Below are positions 1 to 11,846 of a DNA stretch of 64,000 nucleotides, in pieces. The stretch is from an uncultured Erythrobacteraceae bacterium (lineage in GTDB: Bacteria > Pseudomonadota > Alphaproteobacteria > Sphingomonadales > Sphingomonadaceae). The stretch covers positions 20,446 through 84,445 of the forward strand of contig CAXAXQ010000016.1 of the NCBI GenBank assembly GCA_963972905.1. The letters run 5' to 3'. The stretch's first letter is position 1. Every line of letters begins with the position of its first letter. The position numbers and the translations under genes were made by a program. The notes under the pieces are model-generated. The model saw only the letters and a program-made list of their open reading frames with translations, had not been told where the DNA came from and did not search any database.

Positions 1-182
1 AGCTGATCGTCGAGCCATTCTTCTTGCGCCGAACGCTCGACCGTCAGGTCTTCCGCCGCCTGCTCGACCCTTTCCCCGAAGCTGGGCACCCCGGAGGTAT
101 CGTCGCTATCCCCGCTCGGATGACAGGTCGCCAGCGCGCCGAACGCGAGGAGACAGAACAGGGCTGAGAGGAGGGTTCGCAT
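1..182 (-). CDS. putative lipoprotein, N-terminal part only (runs off window edge)
   Basis: ATG at 182-180 on the minus strand. Reads MRTLLSALFCLLAFGALATCHPSG..., a signal peptide plus lipobox L-A-T-C. Open to position 1 and absent from the ORF track because it is truncated. Confidence 0.4.
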   Translation of the reverse strand, partial: MRTLLSALFCLLAFGALATCHPSGDSDDTSGVPSFGERVEQAAEDLTVERSAQEEWLDDQ

Positions 183-221
183 TGGGGGGATATAGCCTCA
201 ACCCTCTGAAAATGAATGCCC

Positions 222-2465
<2,244 letters not shown>

Positions 2466-2535
2466 TTACGGAAGCGATTTTCTGCCGCCTGCAACACTAG
2501 TATGCTGGAGGTCAGGGGCAGTTGGGGGACACGTC

Positions 2536-3543
2536 ATGGGCTGGGCGAGGAAAATCGGGTGCGGGTGCCTGGGGCTGGTGATCGTGCTGGCCATCGCGGG
2601 GGCCGCGATCTGGGTGTGGAAGCCGTGGACGCAGCTCGTCCCGCTCGAAATGGTCGAGCCCTCCGCGCAGCAGGGCGAGCGGGTCGAGACCGGCGACGTT
2701 CTGGGCAATTTCTACCCCGCCGAGGGTGCGAGCAATGGACCCGGCGTGCTGTTGATCGGCGGCAGCGAGGGCGGGCTAGGCAGCGACATGACCCGGCTCG
2801 CGCTGGCCTTGCAGGACGATGGCTTTTCGGTCCTGCACCAGAGCTACTGGCGCGCACCCGGCCAGCCGGAGCGGCTGGAGGGCATTCCGCTCGAAACCTT
2901 CCAGCGTGGCCTCGCCTGGCTCCGTGCGCAGCCAGAGGTCGATCCGTCGCGCACCGCGATGATGGGCTGGTCGCGCGGCAGCGAGGCGGCGCAGTTGTTC
3001 GCGATTCGCAATCCGTCGATCAAGGCGCTGGTGCTCGGCATGCCGGGCAGCGCTGTGTGGCCGGGCTTCACCTGGGATGCGCCGTGGCAGCAATTCGGAT
3101 CGCCCTGGACAAGGCGCGGAGAGCCGGTCGCGTTTCTCGACACCAGCGGGGTCCGGATGTGGGGTGCCGATCGGGCGAAGGTCGACCGCGAATTGCTCGC
3201 GCTGCAGGACGAGCAGCCCGATGCGGTGATCCCGATCGAACAGGTCGGCGTGCCGGTGCTGATGATCTGCGGCGAAGCGGACAATGTGTGGCAGTCCTGC
3301 GCGATGGGCCGCCGCTCGGTCGATCGGGCAAGCGCGGCTGGCAAGGATGACGTGCGCCTGCTCGCCTACCCCGACGCAGGCCACTATGCCTTTGGCGCGC
3401 CGGTCGGCGAGGATGATCCCGCGTTCGAGAACCTTGGCCGGCTCGGCGGTTCGCCGGAAAGCACCGCCGACGCACTGCGCGAAAGCTATCGTGAGATGGT
3501 CGCGTTTCTGAACGACGCGCTGCGGGGTGGGGGCTCGAACTAA
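2536..3543 (+). CDS. membrane-anchored alpha/beta hydrolase (BAAT / dienelactone-hydrolase-like)
   Basis: Start moved to the internal ATG at 2536 (MGWARKIGCGCLGLVIVLAIAGAAIW, a TM anchor). Nucleophile elbow G-W-S-R-G. The upstream part of ORF 2344.. overlaps ligA. Confidence 0.6.
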   Translation: MGWARKIGCGCLGLVIVLAIAGAAIWVWKPWTQLVPLEMVEPSAQQGERVETGDVLGNFYPAEGASNGPGVLLIGGSEGGLGSDMTRLALALQDDGFSVLHQSYWRAPGQPERLEGIPLETFQRGLAWLRAQPEVDPSRTAMMGWSRGSEAAQLFAIRNPSIKALVLGMPGSAVWPGFTWDAPWQQFGSPWTRRGEPVAFLDTSGVRMWGADRAKVDRELLALQDEQPDAVIPIEQVGVPVLMICGEADNVWQSCAMGRRSVDRASAAGKDDVRLLAYPDAGHYAFGAPVGEDDPAFENLGRLGGSPESTADALRESYREMVAFLNDALRGGGSN

Positions 3544-5204
3544 ACCCCCTCCAGCAACCGATCCGCCTGCGCGCGTGCCTCCGGCGTAATCTCCGCGCCC
3601 GAGAGCATGCGCGCGATCTCTTCCTGGCGGCCTTCCGCGTCGAGCAGCTCAACCGATGTCTTGGTAACCGTGCCGCTGCTCGCCTTGGCGATCTGGTAGT
3701 GGACCCGCCCGCGCGCCGCGACCTGGGGTGAGTGGGTCACCACCAGCACCTGGCCGTCGCTTGCCAGGCGCGCCAGCCGTTCGCCGATGGCAGAGGCGAC
3801 CGCCCCGCCCACGCCGCGATCGATCTCGTCGAAGATCATCGTCGCCGCGCCGCCCTGTTCCGCCAACGCCACCTTCAGTGCGAGGATGAAGCGCGACAGT
3901 TCGCCGCCGCTGGCGATCTTGTTGAGCGGGGCGAAATCCGCGCCCGGGTTGGTCGCGATCAGGAACTCGACCGCGTCCATGCCCGACGGGCCCCACTTTT
4001 CCTGCGGCAGCGGCTCAACATCCGTGCGGAACCGCGCTGCGTCGAGCTTCAGCGGCGCGAGTTCCGCGGCCACCGCTTTGTCGAGCGTCTTGGCGGCGGC
4101 CTTGCGCGCCTTGCGCAGCCGCACCGCTGCGCCCTCATACGCGTCGAACGCCTCCCGCTCGGCGATCCGTAGCGCATCGAGCTGCGCCTCGCCGCCTTCG
4201 ATTGCGTCGAGCTGGCTGCGCATCTCGCGCATCTTGTCCGGCAGTTCGTCGACCTCGCAGCGGTGCTTGCGAGCGAGTGCGCGCAGATCGAACAGGCGGG
4301 TCTCCGCGGCGTCCAGCGCAACGGGATCGTGGACCAACGCCTCAGCCGCCTCTTCCAGCTTCTCCTCCGCCTCGGTCGCCTCCAGGATCGCGCGGTCGAG
4401 CGCGCCAAGCGCTTCGGCAAGCAGCTTGTGCTCTCCGGCGATCCGGTCGAGCCGGCGCGCGGCGGTGCGCAGTTCGCTCAGCGGGGATTCGGAGCCTTCC
4501 CAGATGTGGCGCAGTTCCTCCAGATCGCCCGCCAGCCGCTCGCCCTTCTGCATCGCTGCGCGCTGTTCGGCGAGGCGCGCTTCCTCGCCCGCCTGCGGCG
4601 CGATCTCGGTCAGTTCGGCCAGATGCGCGAGCAGCAGATCCTGCTCTGCACTGGCGGCATCGATCGCGGCGCGTGCGTCTTCCAGCGCCTCCGAAGCGTG
4701 CTGCCATTCGCGCCAGTTGCGCGCGACCTTGGCAGTCTCGGCACCGGCGAACCGGTCGAGCAGCTGGCGGTGGCCGCGCGGGTTCACCAGCCCGCGATCG
4801 TCGTGCTGACCGTGCAGCTCGACCAGAATCGGCGCGAGATTGCGCAGCAGTGCGACGCTGGCCGACTGGTCGTTGACGAAGGCCTTTGAGCCGCCGTCTG
4901 CCTTGACCTGGCGGCGGATGATCAACGGTTCGCCCGGCTCGATCTCCACCCCTGCTTCCTCCAGCGCCTCGGCCAGCGGGGGCGGGAAAGTGGCGAATTC
5001 GAAACTCGCGGTGACGCTGGCCTGATCGGCGCCGCTGCGCACCAGCGCGGTTTCCGCCCGATTGCCCAGCACCAGACCCAGCGCGTCGAGCAGGATCGAC
5101 TTGCCTGCTCCCGTCTCGCCGGTGAGCACGCCGAGGCCGCGCCCGAAATCGAGATCGAGCGCTTCGATAAGAACCACATTGCGGACGGCGAGATGAGTCA
5201 GCAT
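3540..5204 (-). CDS. recN: DNA repair protein RecN
   Basis: N-terminus MLTHLAVRNVVLIEALDLDF, Walker A GETGAGKSILLDAL, long coiled-coil middle and a C-terminal SMC-like signature (ASGGELSRFILALK). ATG at 5204 preferred over 5231. Confidence 0.93.
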   Translation of the reverse strand: MLTHLAVRNVVLIEALDLDFGRGLGVLTGETGAGKSILLDALGLVLGNRAETALVRSGADQASVTASFEFATFPPPLAEALEEAGVEIEPGEPLIIRRQVKADGGSKAFVNDQSASVALLRNLAPILVELHGQHDDRGLVNPRGHRQLLDRFAGAETAKVARNWREWQHASEALEDARAAIDAASAEQDLLLAHLAELTEIAPQAGEEARLAEQRAAMQKGERLAGDLEELRHIWEGSESPLSELRTAARRLDRIAGEHKLLAEALGALDRAILEATEAEEKLEEAAEALVHDPVALDAAETRLFDLRALARKHRCEVDELPDKMREMRSQLDAIEGGEAQLDALRIAEREAFDAYEGAAVRLRKARKAAAKTLDKAVAAELAPLKLDAARFRTDVEPLPQEKWGPSGMDAVEFLIATNPGADFAPLNKIASGGELSRFILALKVALAEQGGAATMIFDEIDRGVGGAVASAIGERLARLASDGQVLVVTHSPQVAARGRVHYQIAKASSGTVTKTSVELLDAEGRQEEIARMLSGAEITPEARAQADRLLEGV

Positions 5205-5319
5205 CGCGACCGCAGGATAGCGTGCGCGCACGGGCGCGTCACCGGCACGCGCGCATGCTCACAGATCATTGATGTGCATAAGCGGCCCGATCGCGCGCCG
5301 CCCTGGGATCGAGGTGCGA

Positions 5320-6126
5320 TCAGTTGGCCAGCGCGACCTGCGTGTCGGCCGCGTGATCCTCGACCAGCGCATAGGCCTTGTCGTACCATTCGCTGCCGGG
5401 ATAGTTCGCACCGAGCACGGCGGCATACTTCTTCGCTTCCCGCGGAATGCCCAGCGCCAGGCTGGTTTCGGTCAGGCGATAGAGCGCTTCGGCGGCGTGG
5501 CTGGTGGTTTGGTACTCATCGACCACGTTCTGGAAGCGGATCTGCGCTGCGGCCCACTTACCCGACTTTTCGTAGAAGCGGCCAATGTCCATTTCCTTGC
5601 CCGCCAGATGATCGCGCACGAGGTCGATCTTGAGCCGCGCGTCGGAGGCATATTCCGATTGCGGGAAGCGACGCTCCACCTCGCGCAGGGCGACCAGCGC
5701 CTGCTCGGTCACCTTCTGGTCCCGCTGTACATCGCTGATCTGCTCGTAATAGCTCAGCGCGATCAGGTAATAGGCGTAAGGCGCGTCCTTGTTACCCGGG
5801 TGGATCGACAGGAAGCGCTGCGCGCTCTGGATCGCTTTCGAATAGTCCCGCGACACATAGTAGCTGAAAGCGCTCATCAACTGTGCGCGGCGCGCCCACG
5901 GCGAATAGGGGTGCTGGCGCTCCACCTCGTCGAACAGGGCGGCCGCGAGCTGTGGATTGCCACGGTCGAGCCGCTGCTTGGCGGTCGCGTAAAGCGTTTC
6001 CACGTCACGCGCGACATAGGCGGTATCACCCGGGCCGCCGCTGCCGCTGCCGGCACAACCGGACACGAGAGTGGCAATGGTGCCGAGGGCGAGCGCGGCG
6101 GCGATGGTCTTGGTGTTGGCTGTCAT
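5320..6126 (-). CDS. bamD: outer membrane protein assembly factor BamD (TPR lipoprotein)
   Basis: Signal peptide with lipobox LVSGC; TPR-like repeats typical of YfiO/BamD. Confidence 0.85.
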   Translation of the reverse strand: MTANTKTIAAALALGTIATLVSGCAGSGSGGPGDTAYVARDVETLYATAKQRLDRGNPQLAAALFDEVERQHPYSPWARRAQLMSAFSYYVSRDYSKAIQSAQRFLSIHPGNKDAPYAYYLIALSYYEQISDVQRDQKVTEQALVALREVERRFPQSEYASDARLKIDLVRDHLAGKEMDIGRFYEKSGKWAAAQIRFQNVVDEYQTTSHAAEALYRLTETSLALGIPREAKKYAAVLGANYPGSEWYDKAYALVEDHAADTQVALAN

Positions 6127-6186
6127 GGTCGCGCGGTATAGCGACCACCGCCATGAACGCCAAGTGAAACGCTGGGCCAGTCTCGC

Positions 6187-7359
6187 TCAGCTGGCCGGAC
6201 GCTCGCCATGGCCGGAAAGCTCGTTTCCATCGGGCGCGTCCCACAACAGATGGCGCCCCTCGAGCGCGACCAGGTTCTTCGACCGGATGACTTCGCCCTT
6301 GGTCTTGTAGCCAAGCAGCTGTTCGGCATCCAGATGCGGGTTCACCGCCAGCACGCGCAGCTCTTCGGAGGTGAAGTCGGATAGGCCGCGCGCACGCTCC
6401 TGCCCCTGCTGGTCGTAGATGTGGAGCACATCGCCCCGGCTGAAATCCCCGTCGATCGACAGGATGTCCTCGCGCCGGATCGCCCGGTCGCCGCTGGCCA
6501 GCTCGTCCGCAAGTTCGTCCGAAACGCCGATACTGCCCGCCATCTGGAGGCGGTTGGCGATCCACCTTTCCCATCCCGATGTCGGGGTATCATGGGCGAG
6601 AAACTTGGTCGCCCGGCGCTCTCCGTCGAGGACCGTCGTGAGCGGACAATCCACCTCGCCATGCGCGATGTAGGTGGTGACGCCCGCTTCCTGCGCGATG
6701 TTCGCAGCCATCAGCTTGGTCGTCATGCCACCGGTGCCCAACGTGCTCTTGCCCTTGGTGGCCTCCATATAGGGGCCAACGTCGGTCACTTCGGGAATGA
6801 ATTCCGCGCCTTCCTCGTCCGGATTGCGATCGAACAGGCCATCGACCTCGGTCAGAATGATGAAGTCCTTCGCATCGACCATCTGTGCGACCTTGGCCGC
6901 CAGCCGGTCGTTGTCGCCGACCCGGATTTCCTCGGTCGTGATCGAATCGTTTTCGTTGACGATCGGGATGACGCCCGCCTCGAGCAGGCGGAACACGGTG
7001 TTGCGGGTATTGAGGAAGCGCCGATGATCTTCGAAATCGCCGAGCGTCAGCAGGACCTGTGCGATTTCGAAATCGAATTCGTGGCCGATCTGCTTGTAGG
7101 CATTGGTCAGTATCGGCATGCCGCAGGCGGCGGCCGCCTGCTTGTCGCTCACTCCGGCGGTGTCGGGTCGCTCGCCCACGATCTTGAGGCCCAGCGCGAC
7201 CGCGCCCGAGCTGCACAGGATCACGTTGATACCGCGATCGCGCAACGCGGCCACATCTTCCAGCAGGCGCTGGATGAACCCGAACCGGGGGGTCAGGCGT
7301 TCACTATTCGCAATGAGGGTGGAGCCTATCTTGACGACGACGGTGTGCGATTGCGACAT
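6187..7359 (-). CDS. proB: glutamate 5-kinase with C-terminal PUA domain
   Basis: 390 aa with VVVKIGS N-terminus, NENDS..GDNDRLAA and GTGGMTTKL motifs, and a PUA-like tail. Confidence 0.93.
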   Translation of the reverse strand: MSQSHTVVVKIGSTLIANSERLTPRFGFIQRLLEDVAALRDRGINVILCSSGAVALGLKIVGERPDTAGVSDKQAAAACGMPILTNAYKQIGHEFDFEIAQVLLTLGDFEDHRRFLNTRNTVFRLLEAGVIPIVNENDSITTEEIRVGDNDRLAAKVAQMVDAKDFIILTEVDGLFDRNPDEEGAEFIPEVTDVGPYMEATKGKSTLGTGGMTTKLMAANIAQEAGVTTYIAHGEVDCPLTTVLDGERRATKFLAHDTPTSGWERWIANRLQMAGSIGVSDELADELASGDRAIRREDILSIDGDFSRGDVLHIYDQQGQERARGLSDFTSEELRVLAVNPHLDAEQLLGYKTKGEVIRSKNLVALEGRHLLWDAPDGNELSGHGERPAS

Positions 7360-7578
7360 GTTCTATCCATCTTGGCGGCGAGAAGAGTGGCGCGGACATA
7401 GGCAAGGGTGTTGCATCGCACAACCCGCTGGAAAAAATTGCACGGCTGTGTTATAAAAGAATAAACATATCGAACAGGCTCGGCGCAGCGCGGTCGTAAC
7501 AAGATCGCATCGAGCGCTTCAAACAAAAGACGGAGAGATATTATCTTTCAAGACATACTTCTTATCGGCTGCGGCAAG

Positions 7579-8328
7579 ATGGGTGGCGCTCTTCTCGAAT
7601 ACTGGAAACGCGGGGACGAGAGCTACACCATCGTCGATCCGTTTCTGGAACAAGCACCCGAAGGTGTTGCCTTGGTCAAGGACAAGGCAGCCCTGGGCGA
7701 CAAGCGCTTCGATGTGATCATCGTCGCGGTCAAGCCGCAGATGATCGACGACATCCTGCCCGCTTACGCGCCCGTTCTGTCCGATGGGGGCTATGTCGTC
7801 TCGATGGCGGCAGGCGCATCCATCGCGCGGATCTCGCAGGTCATGGGCGACGCGCCGGTAATCCGGATCATGCCCAACCTGCCCGCCTTCGTGGGCAAGG
7901 CGACCAACGGCCTCGTCGCAGGCCCGGGCGTCTCCGACGATCAGCGCAAGCACGCCACCATGATGATGGAGCGTACCGGCACCGTGGTCGAAGTCGCGGA
8001 CGAAGACCAGCTCGACCGCGTAACCGCCGTCGCAGGCTCGGGCCCCGGCTACGTCTTCGAACTCGCCCGCGCTTACGTCGCTGCGGCGGAAGGCATCGGA
8101 TTCTCGCACGAACAAGCCCGCGCGCTGGTTCTGGGCACGCTGGAAGGGACGATCGCGATGGCTATCGACCAACATGACCAGTCGCTGGAAGACTTGCGCA
8201 ATTCGGTCACCAGCAAGGGCGGCACCACCGCGGCCGGGCTCGATGCGCTCAACGGCGATGGCGCGGTGTCGCGCAAGTTCGAAGAAACGCTGCAGGCGGC
8301 CTACAAACGCGCCGTCGAACTGCGCTGA
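7579..8328 (+). CDS. proC: pyrroline-5-carboxylate reductase (true start probably upstream at a non-canonical codon)
   Basis: ProC-like throughout, with a C-terminal [10 protein letters not shown] motif. The Rossmann motif [10 protein letters not shown] begins at 7555, upstream of the first ATG at 7579 (see finding). Confidence 0.85.
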   Translation: MGGALLEYWKRGDESYTIVDPFLEQAPEGVALVKDKAALGDKRFDVIIVAVKPQMIDDILPAYAPVLSDGGYVVSMAAGASIARISQVMGDAPVIRIMPNLPAFVGKATNGLVAGPGVSDDQRKHATMMMERTGTVVEVADEDQLDRVTAVAGSGPGYVFELARAYVAAAEGIGFSHEQARALVLGTLEGTIAMAIDQHDQSLEDLRNSVTSKGGTTAAGLDALNGDGAVSRKFEETLQAAYKRAVELR

Positions 8329-8434
8329 GCGGCGCGGCGGGGCGCGCCCTGAGCACGCTTCCGGAACCTCGGCCCCGTCTTGCCCGTCTAACAAGTGCAG
8401 CTTTACCAAGAAAACAGATCCGAAGAGGACTACC

Positions 8435-9700
8435 ATGAACGACCAGACCCTAGACCCCGCAATTCATATCCATGAGCTTGGAAGCAATGCGCGTGCGGCC
8501 GCCAAGGGCCTGCTGACCGCGAGCACCGATGCCAAGAACAACGCCCTGCGCGCTGCCGCCAAGGCATTGCGCGACAATCAGGATGAACTGCTCGAAGCCA
8601 ATGCCGAGGATGTCGAAAGCGTCGCGGGCAAGAAGCCGGAAAGTTTCGTCGACCGGCTGAAGCTTACGCCCGACCGGGTCGAGGGCATGGCATCCGCGCT
8701 CGAACAGATTGCTGAACTGCCCGATCCCGTGGGACGCAAGCTGGCCGAGATCGACCGGCCCAACGGGTTGAAGATCGAACGTGTCGCAGTGCCCATCGGC
8801 GTGATCGGCATGATCTACGAATCGCGGCCCAATGTCGGCGCCGACGCATCGGCACTGTGCCTCAAGTCGGGCAACGCGGTGATCCTGCGCGGCGGCAGCG
8901 AAAGCCGCCATTCGACCCGCGTAATCGTGCGCTGCATGCAGGAAGGCCTCAAGGCCGCCGGCCTGCCAGAACACGCGGTGCAGACTGTGGGTACGACCGA
9001 CCGTGCCGCCGTGGCCGCGCTGCTCAAGGCGGACGAGTTCGTCGACCTTGTCATCCCGCGCGGCGGGCGTGGTCTCGTCGAGCTGGTGCGCGATCAGGCG
9101 AGCGTGCCCACGCTGCTCCACCTCGACGGCAACTGCCACACCTATGTCCATGAAAAGGCTGATCTCGACAAGGCGGCCGAAGTGATCCGCAATGCCAAGC
9201 TGCGCCGGACCGGCGTATGCGGGGCGACCGAGAGCATCGTGGTCGACCGCGCCGTTGCGGAACAGGCCATCCCTAAGATCGCGGCGATCTTCGGCGATGA
9301 TTGCGAGCTGCGCGGCGACGAAACCGCCGTGTCGATCGCGCCCAGCATCAAGCCCGCCACGGACGAAGACTGGGGCACCGAATATCTCGATCCCATCGCG
9401 AGCGTGAAGGTGGTCGATGGCCTCGACGAGGCGATCGACTGGGTCGATACCTATTCGAGCCACCACACCGACGCGATCATCACCGAAGATGACGATGCAG
9501 CGCGCAAGTTCATGACCAGCATCGACAGCGCGATACTGATGCACAATGCCTCCACGCAGTTTGCGGACGGCGGCGAGTTCGGGATGGGCGCGGAGATCGG
9601 TATCGCGACCGGCAAGATGCACGCACGAGGGCCCGTCGGCCTCGAACAGCTGACCAGCTTCAAATATCTCGTCCACGGCAACGGCCAGACGCGGCCGTAA
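8435..9700 (+). CDS. proA: gamma-glutamyl phosphate reductase
   Basis: Internal ATG at 8435 ([22 protein letters not shown]). [12 protein letters not shown] and catalytic-Cys region GVCGATES. The longer ORF from 8174 overlaps proC. Confidence 0.93.
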   Translation: MNDQTLDPAIHIHELGSNARAAAKGLLTASTDAKNNALRAAAKALRDNQDELLEANAEDVESVAGKKPESFVDRLKLTPDRVEGMASALEQIAELPDPVGRKLAEIDRPNGLKIERVAVPIGVIGMIYESRPNVGADASALCLKSGNAVILRGGSESRHSTRVIVRCMQEGLKAAGLPEHAVQTVGTTDRAAVAALLKADEFVDLVIPRGGRGLVELVRDQASVPTLLHLDGNCHTYVHEKADLDKAAEVIRNAKLRRTGVCGATESIVVDRAVAEQAIPKIAAIFGDDCELRGDETAVSIAPSIKPATDEDWGTEYLDPIASVKVVDGLDEAIDWVDTYSSHHTDAIITEDDDAARKFMTSIDSAILMHNASTQFADGGEFGMGAEIGIATGKMHARGPVGLEQLTSFKYLVHGNGQTRP

Positions 9701-9723
9701 GCTACGCGACCTGAACGAGAAGA

Positions 9724-9758
9724 GCCGCCGATGCCTCCCGAGGCGTCGGCGGCTTTTT
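9724..9758. terminator. bidirectional hairpin terminator between proA and the lipoxygenase gene
   Basis: GCCGCCGATGCCT (9724-9736) pairs with AGGCGTCGGCGGC (9741-9753) around loop CCCG, followed by TTTTT (9754-9758). It lies between convergent stops at 9700 and 9767. Confidence 0.7.
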
Positions 9759-9766
9759 CATGGCCG

Positions 9767-11722
9767 TCAGATATTGGTGCTACACGGGATGAGGCTGGGC
9801 AGCAGGAAGGTGTAGGGCCGCATCCGTTGCGCATTTCGCGCGACGATCTGCTGTTCGACATCGGCCAGCGCTGAGCAGAAGCGCGACAGCGGGCCGCCCT
9901 TCCCGGTGATCTGCGGGTCCTGAAACCACTGCGGATAAGGGAAGTCGGGCGACAGATAGGTGCCCAGCGGGCGGTAGTACAGCGAGCCGAGCAGGAACAG
10001 CACCTTCAACTGTTGCAGCGCCAGAACCTCGGGCGGCATCATCGCGAGCCAGCTGGTCTTGGTCCCGCCCTTCTGCGTATCGGGGGCCGGTTGCCAGAAC
10101 GCGCCCGTCACCGCCGGAGCGTATTCCATGATCGCCTTTTGCGGGAAGTTGACCGAGGCATGCTGCGCGCTGCCGGTGAAGATCGTCATCGTGCAGATAT
10201 CGATCAATTCTTGAATGGTCGTCGGCGCGGCGAACCCTTTCAGCTTGCCGCTGTCGGAGATTGCAGCCGCCCATGCCTGCAATTCCGTATCGCCGGTCAC
10301 GTCGTCGTCGGAGGAATAATAGGTCCGGATATAGGCCTTCGCCCAGCTCTCGATCGCGTTCCACACCAGCAGGCCGTCGTCGCGATAGGGGTAGTCGCCC
10401 AGCGCGGAATCTGCACCGACGCCGCGACTGACGATATCCTGCGGCAGCATGCCCTTGGCGAAATCGAAGCTAAGCCGCGCCTGCACGGCGGCCTGCTGGC
10501 TGCTCTTGATCGTGCCTGCGAAGATGTGGTCGATCGGGCCGCCCGCAGTGATCAAGCTGTTCGCGGCTGCGTCGTTGATGAACAGCGTGCCTTCGAAATG
10601 GGGTACCAGCAGCGCGTTGATCGGATGGGCGTCGGGAAGCTGGCGGTGAGTCGCGATGGCAATCGCCTCGATCACCAGATGCGTGCGCGCGAGATGGGCG
10701 AACAGCTCGTGATAATTGCCGTCGGCCACCTGAACGACCAGCTTGGCCATCTCCCAGCCCCACTGCTTCTCCGCACTCATGCTCGGGGTCATCACCGGGC
10801 TCGCCGCGTTGGACGGATCGCAGTTGATCGCGACCGGGACCAGGCTCTGCCCACCGGGCGGCACCGCGAACACCGCCACGGGGCAGGTCAGGTATTTGGC
10901 CGATCCGTCCCACTCGCCCGGCTTGATGATCGAGAGCGGAGAATAGTCGCACTTGAAGAAACGCCCCTCCTCCAGCGCCGCATCCAGCGTATCGCCCGGA
11001 ACAACCGCCGCATACTGCTTGGCCGTCACCGCGCATTTCTTCGGAATTTTGGCGATCGCCTCGATCAGCATGCAGTTGGGCCCCGCTACACGCAGGTTGG
11101 CGAATTCGAGATCGTCCTGGAATGTATAGGCGATCGGGGGAACCGCGATCGTCTTGAAATTGTCGAGATAGGTCTGGAGCGAGCGGGGGCGTTCCTTGCC
11201 CAACGCGGCCTTGGTTGCGCCGCGTAGTTCGATGACGCCTTTCAGCTTGGTCGCATGGTTCCTGAGGTCGGCGATGGCCACTTCAGCCTCGAACATGTGA
11301 GCGCAGTCCGTCGCCAGCGCGACGATCCCCTTGCCGCCGGTTACGTCCCCGGCGATCTTGGCCTCCAGCGCGGTGACGTCCTTCGCGATCGCGGCGACCA
11401 CCGCCCGGTCCGCCGCGATGAGCGCAGGATCGAGCGCGGAGAGGCCCTGTTCGACAAGCGATTCTTCCACCTTGATCTGGTTCATCGCCACCTCGATGAG
11501 GATCTTCACGAGCTTCAGCCACCATTCGAGCGTTGGCAATTCCGCCTCTGGCAGCGTCTTGACCACCGGCACACCTTCGAGCGAGGGCACCGCATCGGTC
11601 CACTCGTAGGTCGCCTGACTGGCCGCGAGCTGCGCCTCGCGGGCCTTGCGCTGCGCGGGCGTGTCGTTCTGCGGGAGGGTGGGATCAGCCGGTGCCTGGT
11701 GAGCCATTGTATTTCCGTCCAT
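9767..11722 (-). CDS. lipoxygenase (bacterial, no PLAT domain, no signal peptide)
   Basis: WxxAK-like WEMAKL, then H-x4-H-x4-H (YHELFAHLARTHLVIEAIAIATHRQ). Second ligand pair H-x3-N (GSAQHASVNFPQ) and C-terminal Ile (..PCSTNI). Confidence 0.88.
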   Translation of the reverse strand: MDGNTMAHQAPADPTLPQNDTPAQRKAREAQLAASQATYEWTDAVPSLEGVPVVKTLPEAELPTLEWWLKLVKILIEVAMNQIKVEESLVEQGLSALDPALIAADRAVVAAIAKDVTALEAKIAGDVTGGKGIVALATDCAHMFEAEVAIADLRNHATKLKGVIELRGATKAALGKERPRSLQTYLDNFKTIAVPPIAYTFQDDLEFANLRVAGPNCMLIEAIAKIPKKCAVTAKQYAAVVPGDTLDAALEEGRFFKCDYSPLSIIKPGEWDGSAKYLTCPVAVFAVPPGGQSLVPVAINCDPSNAASPVMTPSMSAEKQWGWEMAKLVVQVADGNYHELFAHLARTHLVIEAIAIATHRQLPDAHPINALLVPHFEGTLFINDAAANSLITAGGPIDHIFAGTIKSSQQAAVQARLSFDFAKGMLPQDIVSRGVGADSALGDYPYRDDGLLVWNAIESWAKAYIRTYYSSDDDVTGDTELQAWAAAISDSGKLKGFAAPTTIQELIDICTMTIFTGSAQHASVNFPQKAIMEYAPAVTGAFWQPAPDTQKGGTKTSWLAMMPPEVLALQQLKVLFLLGSLYYRPLGTYLSPDFPYPQWFQDPQITGKGGPLSRFCSALADVEQQIVARNAQRMRPYTFLLPSLIPCSTNI

Positions 11723-11846
11723 TTCCGTCGATTTTCATTGAGACCGCAGAAATGCTACGTCAGAATGGTTAATGGGCGGATTACGGTGGCCGGACTGCCC
11801 ACCCCGCTTAATTTTTGTTTAGACGTTTGCTGGTTATCTGGGGGCC

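Noticed and set aside
7519-9676. Long minus-strand ORFs (305 aa and 408 aa) opposite proC and proA
   Set aside because: Antisense shadows of well-supported genes, with no recognisable domains.
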